A DNA stretch of 64,000 bases from an uncultured Acidobacteriaceae bacterium (GCA_963808025.1 CAWEEI010000006.1:145519-209518), one strand, 5' to 3'. Numbered from the stretch's first letter, positions 1 to 11,995 are shown. The notes: generated by a model not told the origin, from the sequence alone. A program made the numbers and translations.

Positions 1-96
1 TTGTACAGGATCAACGATACTGCGCGCGCCTGCACACGATGGCGCCGCCCGCGATTCTCAGATTTTCAGCAACAAGAGATTAAGGAGCAACAAATC

Positions 97-1012
97 ATGG
101 CTGCAAACGAAACCCGCCGGGCACTTGGCGATGTAGCGGCACGCAAATTAGCGAATACCACAAAGACCCCTCCCCAGCTCACAGCCATCACGCCGCGCTG
201 GCTGGTGCAACTGCTCTCCTGGGTTCCGGTGGAGTCGGGCACCTACCGCGTGAACAAGGCGAAGAACGAGGAGATCGACGTCGTCTGCGGCGCGCGCGAT
301 GAGCGGAAGATTCCGGAGAGCTTCGTCGACTACGAAGAGAAGCCGCGCGAGTACACGCTCAGCGCCATCTCCACCATCGTCGATGTGCATACCCGCGTCT
401 CCGATCTCTACAGCCATCCCTACGACCAGATTCGCGAGCAGCTGCGCCTTACCGTTGAGAAGGTGAAGGAGCGGCAGGAGCATGAGCTGGTCAACAACCC
501 CGACTACGGCCTGCTGCACAACGTCGCGCCTGAGTCCCGCGTGAAGCCGCGCAAAGGCGCTCCCACCCCCGACGATCTCGACGAGCTCCTGGCGCAAGAT
601 CTGGAAGGAGCCGGCCTTCTTCCTCGCGCATCCCCGCGCCATCGCCGCGTTCGGCCGCGAGTGCACGCGCCGCGGCGTTCCTCCGCCCACCGCCACCATC
701 TTCGGCTCGCCCTTCCTCACCTGGCGCGGCATCCCGCTCATCCCGTCCGACAAGCTCACGGTCGACGACGCAGGCAAGAGCAACATCCTTCTGCTGCGCA
801 CCGGCGAGAAGCGGCAGGGCGTCGTCGGCCTCTTCCAGCCCGGCCTTCCCGGCGAGCAGACCCCCGGCCTCTCCGTCCGCTTCATGGGCATCGACCGCAA
901 CTCCATCGCCTCCTACCTCGTCTCGCTCTACTGCTCAGCCGCCGTGCTGACGGAGGATGCGCTCGGCGTGCTCGAAAACGTAGAGGTCGGAAACTACCAT
1001 GAGTACAAGTGA
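97..1012 (+). CDS. Family 2A encapsulin shell protein (SrpI / major membrane protein I-like); frameshift near 595
   Basis: RBS AAGGAG then MAANETRRALGDVAARKLANTTKT..ITPRWLVQLLSWVPVESGTYRVN..VDYEEKPREY..GAPTPDDLDELL; continues in another frame as KIWKEPAFFLAHPRAIAAFGRECTRRGVPP...ENVEVGNYHEYK*; no cNMP-binding insertion. Confidence 0.92.
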
Positions 1013-2921
1013 TCCTGGCTTCCAGTTCGATGAGGACGCAGTCTCGCAGGCGACGGTCGGCCGTAGCAGGCGCGTTGCCGGACGTCGCCACGATGACTCG
1101 CATGGCGAACGACTTCTTTCGTGCGCTGCCGAATCAGGCGGCAGATTGCAGGCAGCAGTCTCGCGCAGCCGGTCCGTCACCCACCCTCCGCCATCCCCGG
1201 CACGGAGATGCGCCAGCCTCAGTTCGGCGTCCCCGCGCCCTCTATGCCATCGCTTCCCTCGATCGACAAGATTCCCAGCGAGGCGGATATCGCGCGTCTC
1301 GCGGGTGCAGGCCTTCCCATGAACTTCCCGGCGGAGGCGACCTCCTTCGCCGGTACCCCTATCTCTGTCACCTCTAAGCGCGGGCCTCTCTTCCGCCGGC
1401 CCCCTGCCCTCGCAGGCCGCTCTTCCGCACAGCGCGACTGCGCCTCACATCCGTCTCGCCCTTCAGCCTGCCGCTGCCGGACTTCGATCTCCCATTCCCC
1501 AACTTCGAATCCTCACTGCCCAACCATCCCAGCTCTCGCCGCCCTTGGCACGGAGGATGTCGCGAAGTCTGCGCTCAGCTCGTTTTCTTCGCTCTACTTC
1601 CTCGAGCACGCCGGCGCGCTCTCGCAGCCCGTCGCCTCTGCGCCGCAGCCCGCGCAGAGCTTCGCGCCCGCCGTCGTTCCCGAAATCGGCGCCATCCGCG
1701 GCCAGTTCGATGTCACCTCCATCCGCAACGACTTCCCCATCCTGCGCGAGAAGGTCAACGGCCGCCCGCTCATCTGGCTGGACAACGCCGCCACCACGCA
1801 GAAGCCGCAGGCCGTCATCGACCGCCTGAAATACTTCTACGAGCACGAGAACTCCAACATCCACCGCGCCGCGCACGAGCTCGCCGCCCGCGCCACCGAC
1901 GCCTACGAGGACGCTCGCAGCAAAGTCGCGCACTTCCTCAACGCGCCGTCGTCCAAGGAGATCGTCTTCGTCCGCGGCGCCACCGAGGCCATCAACCTGG
2001 TCGCGCAGAGCTGGGGCCGCCAGCACATCAACAAGGGCGACGAGATCGTCATCAGCTGGATTGAGCACCACGCCAATATCGTTCCCTGGCAGATGCTCGC
2101 CGCCGAAAAGGGCGCAATCCTCCGCGTCATCCCCGTCGACGACAGCGGCCAGATCCTGCTCGACGAATACGAGAAGCTGCTCAGCTCCCGCACCAAACTC
2201 GTCTCCTTCACCCAGGTCTCCAACGCGCTCGGCACCATCACCCCCGCGCAGCAGATGGTCGCGATGGCCCACCGCTACGGCGCGCGCGTGCTCGTCGATG
2301 GCGCGCAGGCCGTCTCCCACATGCGCGTCGATGTGCAGGCGCTCGACGCCGACTTCTACGTCTTCTCCGGCCACAAGGTCTTCGCGCCCACCGGCATCGG
2401 CGTCCTCTACGGCAAGCCCGACGCCCTCGCCGACACGCCCCCCTGGCAGGGCGGCGGCAACATGATCGTCGATGTCACCTTCGAGAAGACCATCTACCAG
2501 CCGCCGCCCTTCCGCTTCGAGGCCGGCACCGGCAACATCGCGGACGCGGTCGGCCTCGGCGCGGCCATCGCCTACCTCGACACCATCGGCATGGAGAACA
2601 TCTCCCGCCACGAGCACGAACTGCTCGTCTACGCCACGCAGCGAGCTGCTCACCATCCCCGGCCTCTGCATCATCGGCACCGCAAAGGAGAAGGCCGGCG
2701 TGCTCTCCTTCGTCCTCGAGGGCTACAAGACCGAGGACGTCGGCGCCGCCCTCAACCGCGAAGGCATCGCCGTCCGCTCCGGCCACCACTGCGCCCAGCC
2801 CACGCTGCGCCGCTTCGGCCAGGAGACCACCGTCCGCCCCTCGCTGGCCCTCTACAACAACTTCGAAGACATCGACGCCATGATCGCCGCGCTACGCCGG
2901 CTCAAACAGCTGCCCGCCTGA
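999..2921 (+). CDS. sufS: Encapsulin cargo cysteine desulfurase (SufS-like) with long disordered N-terminal extension; frameshifted
   Basis: WLDNAATTQKP, EHHANIVPWQ, DGAQ, FSGHK (PLP Lys), FEAGTGNIA, RSGHHCAQP (catalytic Cys); ATG overlaps the encapsulin 3' end. Confidence 0.93.
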
Positions 2922-3000
2922 CCCCTCGACTTCGGCCCACAACAAGATGGAGCCCTCCGCTGCGGAGGCCGCTATAACTCATGTATTTTGTGGGGGAATT

Positions 3001-3077
<77 letters not shown>

Positions 3078-3197
3078 GTGCCAGTATACTGCGGTGAACG
3101 CGAGTGGGTCAACGCGGCGTGAGGCTCGGCAGCCGGGTGTGCATCTTATGTTCAGCGGCTGGAAGCGAGTTCCAGCGGTCGGGAGGGAGGCGCGACT

Positions 3198-3300
3198 CCC
3201 ACATCTCAGAGTCGAGATGTGGGGCACCCGGCGAGTGGTCAGTGAGTGCGGTCGCGCATCCGCCTGATACCCACCCAAGCGGAGCTTGGATGGGGCACCC
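3198..3300 (+). repeat. Two copies of REP-like palindrome family A (CCCAC-hairpin-TGGGGCACCC)
   Basis: cccacatctc-agagtc-gagatgtggggcaccc (3198-3229) and cccacccaagc-gga-gcttggatggggcaccc (3270-3300). Confidence 0.85.
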
Positions 3301-3408
3301 AGTTCTGTGGAATTGGAGGTGGGCGCGTAACTTTTTCCTGAATTTTGAGTCTGCAAGAGTAGCGGTTGTGTGCGAATCTGCCGGGCCGCGGGACATTGGA
3401 GGATGGCG

Positions 3409-4738
3409 ATGAATCGGATGGATGCGAGAGGCTTTGGGCTGTTGAAGGGTGTTGCGCGGGCGGCGATGGTCGCCGTGCTGGGCGGTGCAGTGGCGATGGC
3501 GCAGGATGCGCAGCCGCAGAACGCGCCGCAGGCACAGGCGCAGCCGACTGCGGCACCGACTAAAGGGACGAAGACGATTCCGGATGCGCAGATTGAAGCG
3601 GGCGTGCTGAAGGCGCTGGCGGGCGCGCCCGATCTGGCGAACCAGGCGATTACGACCTCGACGGTCTATGGGACGGTGACGCTGTCGGGTTCGGTTGAGA
3701 CCGAGGCGCTGCGCACGGAGGCGGAGAACCTGGCGGCGCGCACCTTTGGGGTGAAGAAGGTGATTGACGAGATGACGCTGGGCAGCCAGCCGGCGGGGCA
3801 GCTGCAGTCGGACGGGACGATTGCACCGGCGCAGGGCGGGCCGGACTCGGACAATACAGGGCAGGCTGCAAACCAAGTCGCTCCGAATCAGGCTGGGCCA
3901 AGTCAGGCGCAGGGGCAGCCGAACTATGGGCCGGGCGCGCCTGAGTATCCGCAACAGCAGGGCTACCCACAGGCTCAGGGCTATCCGCAGCAGCAAACAT
4001 ATCCGCAGGCGCAGGGCTATCCGCAGCAGCAGCCGTATCCGCCGGCGCAGCGGTATCCGCAGCAGGGATACGCACCGCAGCAGCCTGTGTTTGGCGGGCA
4101 GGAGGCGGGCCAGACGGTGACGATCCCGAGCGGCGCGCTGGTGCGCATCCGGATCAACCAGACGCTGGATAGCGCGAAGGCCAAGCCGGGCCAGCACTTC
4201 GACGGCATCGTGGTGAACGATGTGGCGGCGGAGGGGGCGATTGCGATTCCGCGCGGCGCGGCGGTCCAGGGCGTCGTGGTGGACGCGAAGAAGTCGGGCG
4301 CGGTGAGCGGACGGGGCGAGATCTCGCTGCAACTGACGCAGGTGACACTGGGCGGCAAGAGCTACCCGATCGTCTCCGATGTGTGGGCTCACAACGGCGC
4401 GGACAAGGCGGTGCAGTCGGTCAACAGCACGGCGGTGGGCGGCGCGTTTGGCGCTCTGGTGGGCGCGGCGGCGGGCGGCGGCACGGGTGCGGCGATCGGC
4501 GCGGGCGTGGGCGGAGCTGCTGGGCCTGGGCTCGTCGGCGGCATCGCATACGGGGCAGGTGTATATCCCGTCGGAGGGGATGCTGACGTTCCATCTGGCG
4601 CAGCCGGCTGCGGTGGCGACGGTCTCGCAGGCGGAGATGGACCGGCTGGCGCAGGGCGTCCCGTCAGGCGGACAGCCGCAGATGCAACGGCGCTATCCTC
4701 CGGGATACTATCCGCGACCGTATCCTTATCCCTACTAA
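3409..4738 (+). CDS. Secreted BON-domain protein with YPQ-rich repeats and glycine zipper; frameshift near 4525
   Basis: Signal peptide, BON motif (DAQIEAGVLKAL..GTVTLSGSV..GVKKVIDEM), YPQQQGYPQAQG repeats, [25 protein letters not shown]. Confidence 0.8.
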
Positions 4739-4773
4739 CGGGGAGGGCGAAAGCCAGACACTTCTATCAGATA

Positions 4774-4810
4774 AGAGCCCCTGACGCGATGGCTTCAGGG
4801 GCTTTTGGTT
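4774..4810 (+). terminator. Probable intrinsic terminator
   Basis: agagcccctga...tcaggggctttt followed by T-rich tail. Confidence 0.6.
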
Positions 4811-4811
4811 T

Positions 4812-4994
4812 CTACAGGGAGTGGCGACGCCGTGGATGGGTTTCGGCGGGCGGTTTGAGCAAGCGTTCGAGGGCGCGGCGGCGGGTGGGGCGGTGGCGGA
4901 TGCAGTAGGGCTCCAGCTGGATCCGCTGGTGGCTGCATTGGCGTCCTCCGGCGTAGATGTGGCGGCATGGTCCGGTCCGTTCGGTCTCTTTCAT
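4812..4994 (-). CDS. Small Cys/His-rich hypothetical protein
   Basis: AAGGGGAG RBS then MKETERTGPCRHIYAGGRQCSHQRIQLEPYCIRH; putative CCCH zinc site. Confidence 0.45.
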   Translation of the reverse strand: MKETERTGPCRHIYAGGRQCSHQRIQLEPYCIRHRPTRRRALERLLKPPAETHPRRRHSL

Positions 4995-5300
4995 GGCATA
5001 TCTCCCTTGGGGGGGTACTTGGGATCTAAAATCTTGTTGATAAAGGGGATGGGGTGCGATAGGTATCCCTGGTCTATACCATTGGGGGTTAAAGCGAGAA
5101 GCCCGGCGGGTTGCGCCGGGCTTCTTTGTTTTTCCTACTATGTTAATGATAGCAGGTTGGGCAAAACTAGTATGCCAACTATTTTTGAAATTTATACCGT
5201 TTGGTTTGTGTGGGTTGGGGGAATTTTGGAGGTTTTGGGGGGTTGACAAGGTAAAAGAGGGACGAGGTTCGGGGTTCCAGGTTCGAGGTGGTGTATGTAG

Positions 5301-6167
5301 CTAGTCCTCGTCAGGTTTTTCGATGTGGTCGATGACCAGGCGCTCGACGGGAGCCTTGGTGGGTACGAGGCGCAGACCGAGTGCCTCCACGCCGTCCTCG
5401 AGGGTGGGGGCATTCTCGTCGAACATGTGCGAGTCGGGTTCCATGTCTTGACCGGCCAGGGGTAGGGCAAAGGTGTACCTGCCCGGCAGGTTGGTGTGGT
5501 CCGCGACCAGGCGGTCCATGTCATTGGACATGACCTCGGCCAGGTCGGCCATGGTGTATGCCTGAAAGTGGGCGGTGAGGCCGATCCACTCGTACGACCT
5601 GCCGGTGAGTACGTGGCCGTCCGGCAGGGTGGTCTGATCGCCCTCTTTGTAGGGCGTCAGGTTGACCTTCTTCGTGGCGGTGAGCGCGTAGATCGCCTTG
5701 GGCGAGTTGTCCACGTGGATCTTGAGTTTTACTGTGTCTGCCAGCACCTTGCGGATGAGCAGGCGGCGGGCAGCAAGGTCGAGCTGCTGCCAGGCTGCAA
5801 AGTCCTCCGGCGCCACCTTGGCGATGAACTCATAACGGTCGTCCTCGACCCACTTTGGATAGCTGTCCACGCTGTAGACCTTGATCGACCCGTTGTATGC
5901 AAAGTAGATAATGCGCGCCAGCGACTCGCAGTGATAGGCGATGTAGTCGGCTGTCATGGGCATGTCGACCTTGGTTGTGCCGAACTTGTCCGGCGGGCAG
6001 CGCTTGAAAGAGACAATGTCGAAGTTGATCTTGGGCGGCACGGCATCGAGCGGCGCAGGGGTGACGATGGTCAGCTGAGGGGGCGACTGCCCGGCGAGGG
6101 GATGCGCGGCTGACAAGAGGAGGGCGGCGCAGATGAGGGATACGATGGCAGCGGGCTTGGCAAGCAT
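5301..6167 (-). CDS. TIGR03435-type (soil-associated) secreted protein
   Basis: FDIVSFK..YPKWVEDDRYEFIAK..DRLVADHTNLPGRYTFAL..LGLRLVPTKAPVERLVIDHIEKPDED. Confidence 0.85.
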   Translation of the reverse strand: MLAKPAAIVSLICAALLLSAAHPLAGQSPPQLTIVTPAPLDAVPPKINFDIVSFKRCPPDKFGTTKVDMPMTADYIAYHCESLARIIYFAYNGSIKVYSVDSYPKWVEDDRYEFIAKVAPEDFAAWQQLDLAARRLLIRKVLADTVKLKIHVDNSPKAIYALTATKKVNLTPYKEGDQTTLPDGHVLTGRSYEWIGLTAHFQAYTMADLAEVMSNDMDRLVADHTNLPGRYTFALPLAGQDMEPDSHMFDENAPTLEDGVEALGLRLVPTKAPVERLVIDHIEKPDED

Positions 6168-6304
6168 CTGTACCCTCTTCGCGTGAGGCAGGTCAAAAAC
6201 CGCGCTCTGGATAGAGAGAGTAGCAGATGCGGTGGGGGTGAGGTACCCGCGGGAGCTTCTGTCGGAAGAAAGGTTTGAGCGGGCTGGGGCAGTGCGTGGG
6301 GTAT

Positions 6305-6333
6305 CGGGGTCCTTCGCTACGCTCAGGATGACA
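6305..6333 (+). repeat. REP-like palindrome family B (ends GGATGAC)
   Basis: cggggtccttcgctacgctcaggatgaca; relatives at 15712, 21571, 22079, 24301, 39594. Confidence 0.8.
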
Positions 6334-6523
6334 GCAAGAACAAAGGCGGGGTGATTTATACTTATCGCTTGCCCTTGCAGGCGGTGGGTGCGCGGAGTTT
6401 TGTGCGCCGGAACCACGAGCAAAATCGACGGGCAGATGCGCTAGTCTTCGGCTGAATGGGCAGAATGGGCTGAATCCCAGGCCGGGAGATGGGCGCGCAA
6501 GTAAAAAGGTCGCAAAGTAAAGC

Positions 6524-8534
6524 ATGATTCGTTTTCTTCAGCAGGACAATAAGCTGGTCAAGATTCTGTTCGGCGTCATTATCGGCGGCGCTGTGCATTT
6601 CGATGGTGATGTATCTGGTTCCGGGGTTGATGGACACCGGCGACGGGCTCGGACCCGGCGGTATATGCGACGGTGCGGGCGCCGGGGCTGGCGGGGCGGC
6701 TGTTTGGCGAGACCACGCCGATCAAGACCGAGGACGTGGCCAAGCTGGCGGCAGCGGCAGCTGCAGCAGCAGCGCTATCCGGAGGCGACGATACAGGCGC
6801 TGCTGCCGATGATGATGCCGCGCGCGGCGGAGGTGCTGGTGCAGCGGGCGATCCTGGAGCAGGAGGCGGACAAGCTGCATCTGCAGGTCTCCGATGACGA
6901 CTTGCGGCGCGAGCTGAAGGACCGAGTTTGCGCAGTACTTCTTTCCCAACGGGAAGTACATCGGCGACGACGCGTATATCAACTTTGTGCAGACGGCGCT
7001 TCGGGCTACTCGATCAAGGACTTTGAGTCGCAGGTGCAGGCGGACATGGAGATTGAGCCGGCTGCAGGCGCTGATCACGGGCGGGGTGACGGTCTCGGAC
7101 GCCGCGGTGCGCGAGGCGTACCGGGCGCAGGGGACGAAGGTGAAGTTCGACTATGCGGTGGTGTCGTCGGAGGACATCAAGAAGACGATCAACCCGAGCG
7201 ATGCGGAGCTGCAGGACTTACTTCAAGCAGAATGCGGCGCGGTATGCGACGGCGATTCCGGAGACGCGGAAGATTGAGTATGTGGCGTTCGACGCATCGA
7301 AGCTGCCGGGCGGCAAGCCGCCGGTGTCGGACGCGGATATCCAGGCGTACTACACGGCGCACGCAGGCGGAGTACAAGACGGAGGAGCAGGTAAAGACGC
7401 GGCACATCCTGATCGCGTCGAAGACGGGCGCGGATGCGCAGACGGATGCGGCGGCCAAGGCGAAGGCGCAGGACGTGCTGAAGCAGTTGCAGGCGGGCGG
7501 GAACTTTGCCGACCTGGCGAAGAAGTACTCGGAGGACCCGGGGAGCAAGGATGCGGGCGGCGAGCTGCCGCTGATTCCGACGGCGCAGCTTGATCCGGCG
7601 TATGCGAAGGCGGCGATGGCGCTGAACGCCGGGGCAGACCTCGGGGCTGGTGAAGTCGGCGTTTGGGTACCACATTATCCAGACGGAGCAGAAGCAGGCG
7701 GCGGGCGTGAAGCCGCTGGCGGAGGTGAAGGACTCGATCGTGCAGATGCTGCAGCAGCAGAAGCAGGGCGCGGCGGAGCAGCAGTTTGCGCAGCAGCTGG
7801 CGGACGAGGCGAAGAAGGACGGGCATGGACAAGACGGCGGCGGCGCATGGGCTGCACGCGGTGACGACGGACTATGTGGCGAAGGATGGCGTGATCGGCG
7901 GGCTGTCGGATGCGAGCGGCGCTGCTGACGCAGGCGTTCGCGACGGACAAGGGCGCGGCGCCGGCGACGGTTTCGACCGGCGACGGGATGGCGGTCTTCC
8001 AGGTGGTGGATGTGAAGGCCGGCGCACGCGCCGGAGTTTGCGGCGTACAAGGACGCAGATCCTGGACGACTATCGCGAGCGAGAAGGTGCCGCAGCTGCT
8101 GGCAGCAGGAGACGACCAAGCTGGCCGACCGGGCGAAGGCGCTGGGCGACCTGAAGAAGGCGGCGGCGGAGTTGAAGGTGCCGGTGAAGTCGAGCGACCT
8201 GGTGGCGCAGGATGGGCAGGTGCCGGACCTGGGCGCGATGAGCGGGCCGGGCGCGGTGGCGTTTACGCTGGCGAAGGGCGCGATCTCGGGGCCGCTCGAC
8301 GCGGGGCAGAATGGCGTGGTGCTGGCGGTGACGGACAAGGAGGAGCCGAGCGCGGCGGAGATGGCGCAGCACTTGGACCAGACGCGGGAGCAGTTGCTGA
8401 ACGAGCAGCGGGACGAGATCTTCCGGTATTCCTGGGGACGCTGACGCGATGCGTATGAGAAGGGCGGCGGAGTGCGGTATACGAAGGCAGCTACGCCGGC
8501 GCAGGGCCTCCTGGGTATTCCCACGAGGCAGTAG
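6524..8534 (+). CDS. ppiD: PpiD-like peptidyl-prolyl isomerase (SurA N-terminal plus parvulin domain); many frameshifts
   Basis: MIRFLQQDNKLVKILFGVII; parvulin VKTRHILI..NFADLAKKYSEDPGSKDAGGEL..VKSAFGYHII. Confidence 0.8.
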
Positions 8535-8667
8535 CATTTGGGTAGAGGATGGGGCCTGTTCCCTGCCCTGCGGCGATTGCGCTGGGTTGGGAGCGGGCCT
8601 TTTTCGTTTGTTCGGGCGGCTTGGACGCATCAGACATAGGAGCGGTCGATACGCGAAGGGTGACGGG

Positions 8668-10190
8668 ATGAATCAGGAACGGATGTCGGGAGTGCTGCTG
8701 CATGTGACGTCGCTGCCCTCGTACGGCGGGGTGGGCGACTTTGGGCCGGCGGCGTACGAGTTTGTGGACTTTCTGGCGGCGGCGAAGCAGCGGCTGTGGC
8801 AGGTGCTGCCGCTGAGTCCGACGGGGTATGGGAGCTCGCCTTATTCGGCGCTGTCGGCGTTTGCGGGAAACCCGATGCTGATCTCGCTGGAGCGGCTGGT
8901 GGAGGATGGATGGATTGCGGGGGAGCGGCTGGCGGGGCTGCCGGGGCGGGATGGGCCGGCGGACTTTGGCGCGGCGGCGAGGCAGAAGCTGCCGCTGATC
9001 GAAGAGGCGGCGGGGAACTTTCTGGACGGCGCGAATGAGGAGCAGAGGGCGCGGTTCCAGCGGTTCTGCGAAGAGAACATGAGCTGGCTGCCGGACTATG
9101 CGATGTTCAACGTGCTGCGGCGGCGGTTCGGCTATAGTGAGCTGGAACGAGTGGCCGGCGGAGTTTGCGCAGCGCAAGCACGATGCGTTGACGCAGGCGC
9201 TGACCAAGCATGGGCGCGAGATTGCGGTGGAGCAGGCGATCCAGTTCTTCTTCGATGAGCAGTGGTGCGCGCTGCGGGCGTACTGCAAGGAGCGCGACAT
9301 CCGCATGCTGGGCGATGTGGCGATCTTTGTGAACTACGACAGCGCGGACGTGTGGACGCATCCGGAGCTGTTCGAGCTGGACGAGAAGGGGCAGCATGGT
9401 GCGGGTGTCGGGCGTGCCGCCGGATTATTTTTCCGCGGACGGGCAGCGCTGGGGCAATCCTTTGTACAAGTGGGGCGAGATGCGGGAGCGCGGGTTCGAC
9501 TGGTGGGTGGCGCGGGTGCGGCGGACGCTGGCGCTCTACGACATGATCCGGCTGGACCACTTTCGCGGGTTCGAGGCGTACTGGTCGATTGCGGCGGAGG
9601 AGCCGACGGCGATCACGGGACAGTGGGTGAAGGCGCCGGGGCAGGAGCTGTTTCCAGCGGCTGAAGGAGGTGTTTGGCGAGCTGCCGTTTATCGCGGAGG
9701 ACCTGGGGCTGATTACGCCTGAGGTGGATGAGCTGCGCGAGCAGTTCGGGATGCCGGGGATGCGGGTGCTGCAGTTCGGCTTCTCCGATCGCGGAGCGCA
9801 TATTTATCTGCCGCACAAATTTGTGCCGAATACGGTTGCATATACGGGCACGCACGACAACGACACCACGCTGGGATGGTGGAAGGACGGCGCGACCGAG
9901 GTGGAGCGGGCGAACTGTGCAGACGTATCTGCGGCCGATTGCGCGGGACGAGGAGGTGGTGTGGGCGATGATGCGGGCGGCGGCGCGGTCGGTGGCGAAC
10001 CTGTGCATCTTTCCGCATGCAGGACATTCTGGGGCTGGGCAGCGAGGCGCGCATGAATACGCCGGCGGCGAGCCAGGGCAACTGGACGTGGCGGTATGCG
10101 AGCGGGGCGCTGCATCCGGAGTATGCGGAGAGGCTGGCGGCGCTGATGGAGATGACGGACCGGGATGGGTACGTTGCGCCGCGGCTATGA
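8668..10190 (+). CDS. malQ: 4-alpha-glucanotransferase (amylomaltase, GH77); frameshifted
   Basis: SGVLLHVTSLP, WQVLPLSPTG, SPYSALSAFAGNP, SGVPPDYFSADGQRWGNP, RLDHFRGF, IAEDLG, YTGTHDNDT. Confidence 0.95.
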
Positions 10191-10262
10191 GGCGCCCAAG
10201 GCGGTGTGAACGATGCCGCGGTTTAGACTGGTGGGAGCGAAATTCAATCTACAGGAGCAACG

Positions 10263-10448
10263 ATGCCTCTCTCTGGCGAAGCAATACGGACGATGAACTA
10301 TGTGGACGATATCTCGGTGACGCTGCGGCGCATTCTGACGGTGCTGCCGTCGCTGACGGAGGAGGAGCGGCAGCGCGTGGCGGAGCACATCAAGGAGTCC
10401 GACCCGAGCTACGAGAGCGTGATCCAGGCTGTGCAAGGCAAGAAGTGA
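10263..10448 (+). CDS. Small helical hypothetical protein (61 aa)
   Basis: AGGAG RBS; MPLSGEAIRTMNYVDDISVTLRRILTVLPSLTEEERQRVAEHIK; coding-like codon usage. Confidence 0.75.
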   Translation: MPLSGEAIRTMNYVDDISVTLRRILTVLPSLTEEERQRVAEHIKESDPSYESVIQAVQGKK

Positions 10449-10451
10449 GCT

Positions 10452-11041
10452 GTGGCTGACGCGGTTGGGCCGGGGGCGCCGGGAGGGGCGTTTGCGATTC
10501 GCACGGTGGCGGTGATTGGGGCGGGGCGCGTGGGGCGGAGCTTTGCGCTGGCGTGCGCGGCGGCGGGGTTCGACGTGGTGCTGGAAGATGTGATGCCGGC
10601 GAAGCTGCGGCGCGCGCAGGAGGAGTATGCGGAGCTGGGGGCGGTGCCGGCTGCGGGTGCGGGGCGGCTGCGGGTTGCGCTGACGGTGGAGGATGCGGTG
10701 CGCGAGGCGGATGTCGTGGTCGACTTCGTGCCGGATGAGCTGGAGTCGAAGCTGGAGATCTTTTGCCTGGTCGACCGGATGGCCCCGCCGAAGACGGTGC
10801 TGCTGACGCCGAGCGATGCGCTGAGCATTACGGATCTGGCGTCATGCACATATCGCGGCGAGCGGTGCTTTGCGGTGCGGGGTGGGTTGGCGAGCGGGCG
10901 GTGACGGTGCGGCTGGTGCATCCGAAGGGTGCGGCTGCGGAAGCGTCGAATGCGGTCGGGTCGTTCCTGCGCGCGCTGGGATATGCGGTGCAGGTGGAAG
11001 AGGACCGGGATGCGCCGATGCTGGTGAAGAATTACTTGTAG
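10452..11041 (+). CDS. 3-hydroxyacyl-CoA dehydrogenase NAD-binding-domain protein (short form); frameshift near 10900
   Basis: VAVIGAGRVG Rossmann motif, DAVREADVVVDFVPDELESKLEIF. Confidence 0.75.
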
Positions 11042-11929
11042 CCCATGCCGGCGAGGACGCCGCGCATGTAGGCGAAGCTCTCGACGACGCCGGGCATGGG
11101 GTTGTCGGCGTGGATCTCGTATTCGAGGTCGACGTTGCCGGGGTATTTGATTTGCGATGAGCGCCTCGAAGATGGCGCGGATGGGCATGACGCCTTCGCC
11201 GACGGCGACCTGGCTCTCGCGCGCGGTGGCATCGGCGAGGTCCTTGATGTGGAGGTCGTAGAGGCGCGGGCCGGCGGCGTGGATGGCGGCGACGACGTCG
11301 GCGCCGGCGCGCATGGCGTGGCCGAGGTCGATGCAGAGGCCGATGCGCGGGTCCATGTCCTTGACGGCCTTGAGCACGTCGAAGGGCGAGGGGAAGTTCT
11401 TGTCCTCGGGGCCGTGGTTGTGGATGGCGAGCTTGATGTTGTATTCCTTGACGAATTTTTCCAGGCGCGGAAGGTTCTCGTGCGTCGGCGCGCAGACGGC
11501 GATGGGGATGCCGGCGGCCTTGAGGTATTCGAACTTGGGGCGGATGTCGTCGTCGTCATCCTTGGCGAAGGTGATGTTGCCGGCGGCGGTGAGGATGAAG
11601 CCGGCGGCGCGGTATTCGGCGGCCTTGGGCGCGACCTGATCAAGCGGCGTCATGGGCAGATGCGCATCCTTGAGGTTGAGCAAGGGTGTCTTGAGCTGGT
11701 GCATGAAGTCGATGAGGTGCGCGGAGTCGAAGCTGCGGAAGGTGTAGCTGGCGATGCCGAGGCGGATGGGGAGATCGACGGCAGGGGTGGGCGGCTTGAG
11801 TGGCGTCGGGTGCGCGGGATGGGCGGAGGATTGGGATTCGGATTCCGCGGGCAGGAGGGTGGCTGCGGCGGCCAAGGCGCCGGTCTGGAGGAGGGTGCGG
11901 CGGGTGATTGAGTTTGTCGTGGTTTTCAT
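11032..11929 (-). CDS. Tat-exported sugar phosphate isomerase/epimerase family (TIM barrel); frameshift near 11150
   Basis: TRRTLL Tat motif; IKLAIHNHGPED, GLCIDLGH, LHIKD, VDLEYE. Confidence 0.88.
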
Positions 11930-11995
11930 CGCGCGCAATGGTAGCGCGTGGGGTGGGGGTGAGTCTATGGGCGGAGGGGTGGGAGGGTGATCGCG

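Noticed and set aside
2970-3000. AT-rich stretch beside the tRNA as a dif site
   Set aside because: No match to the XerD arm TTATGTTAAA
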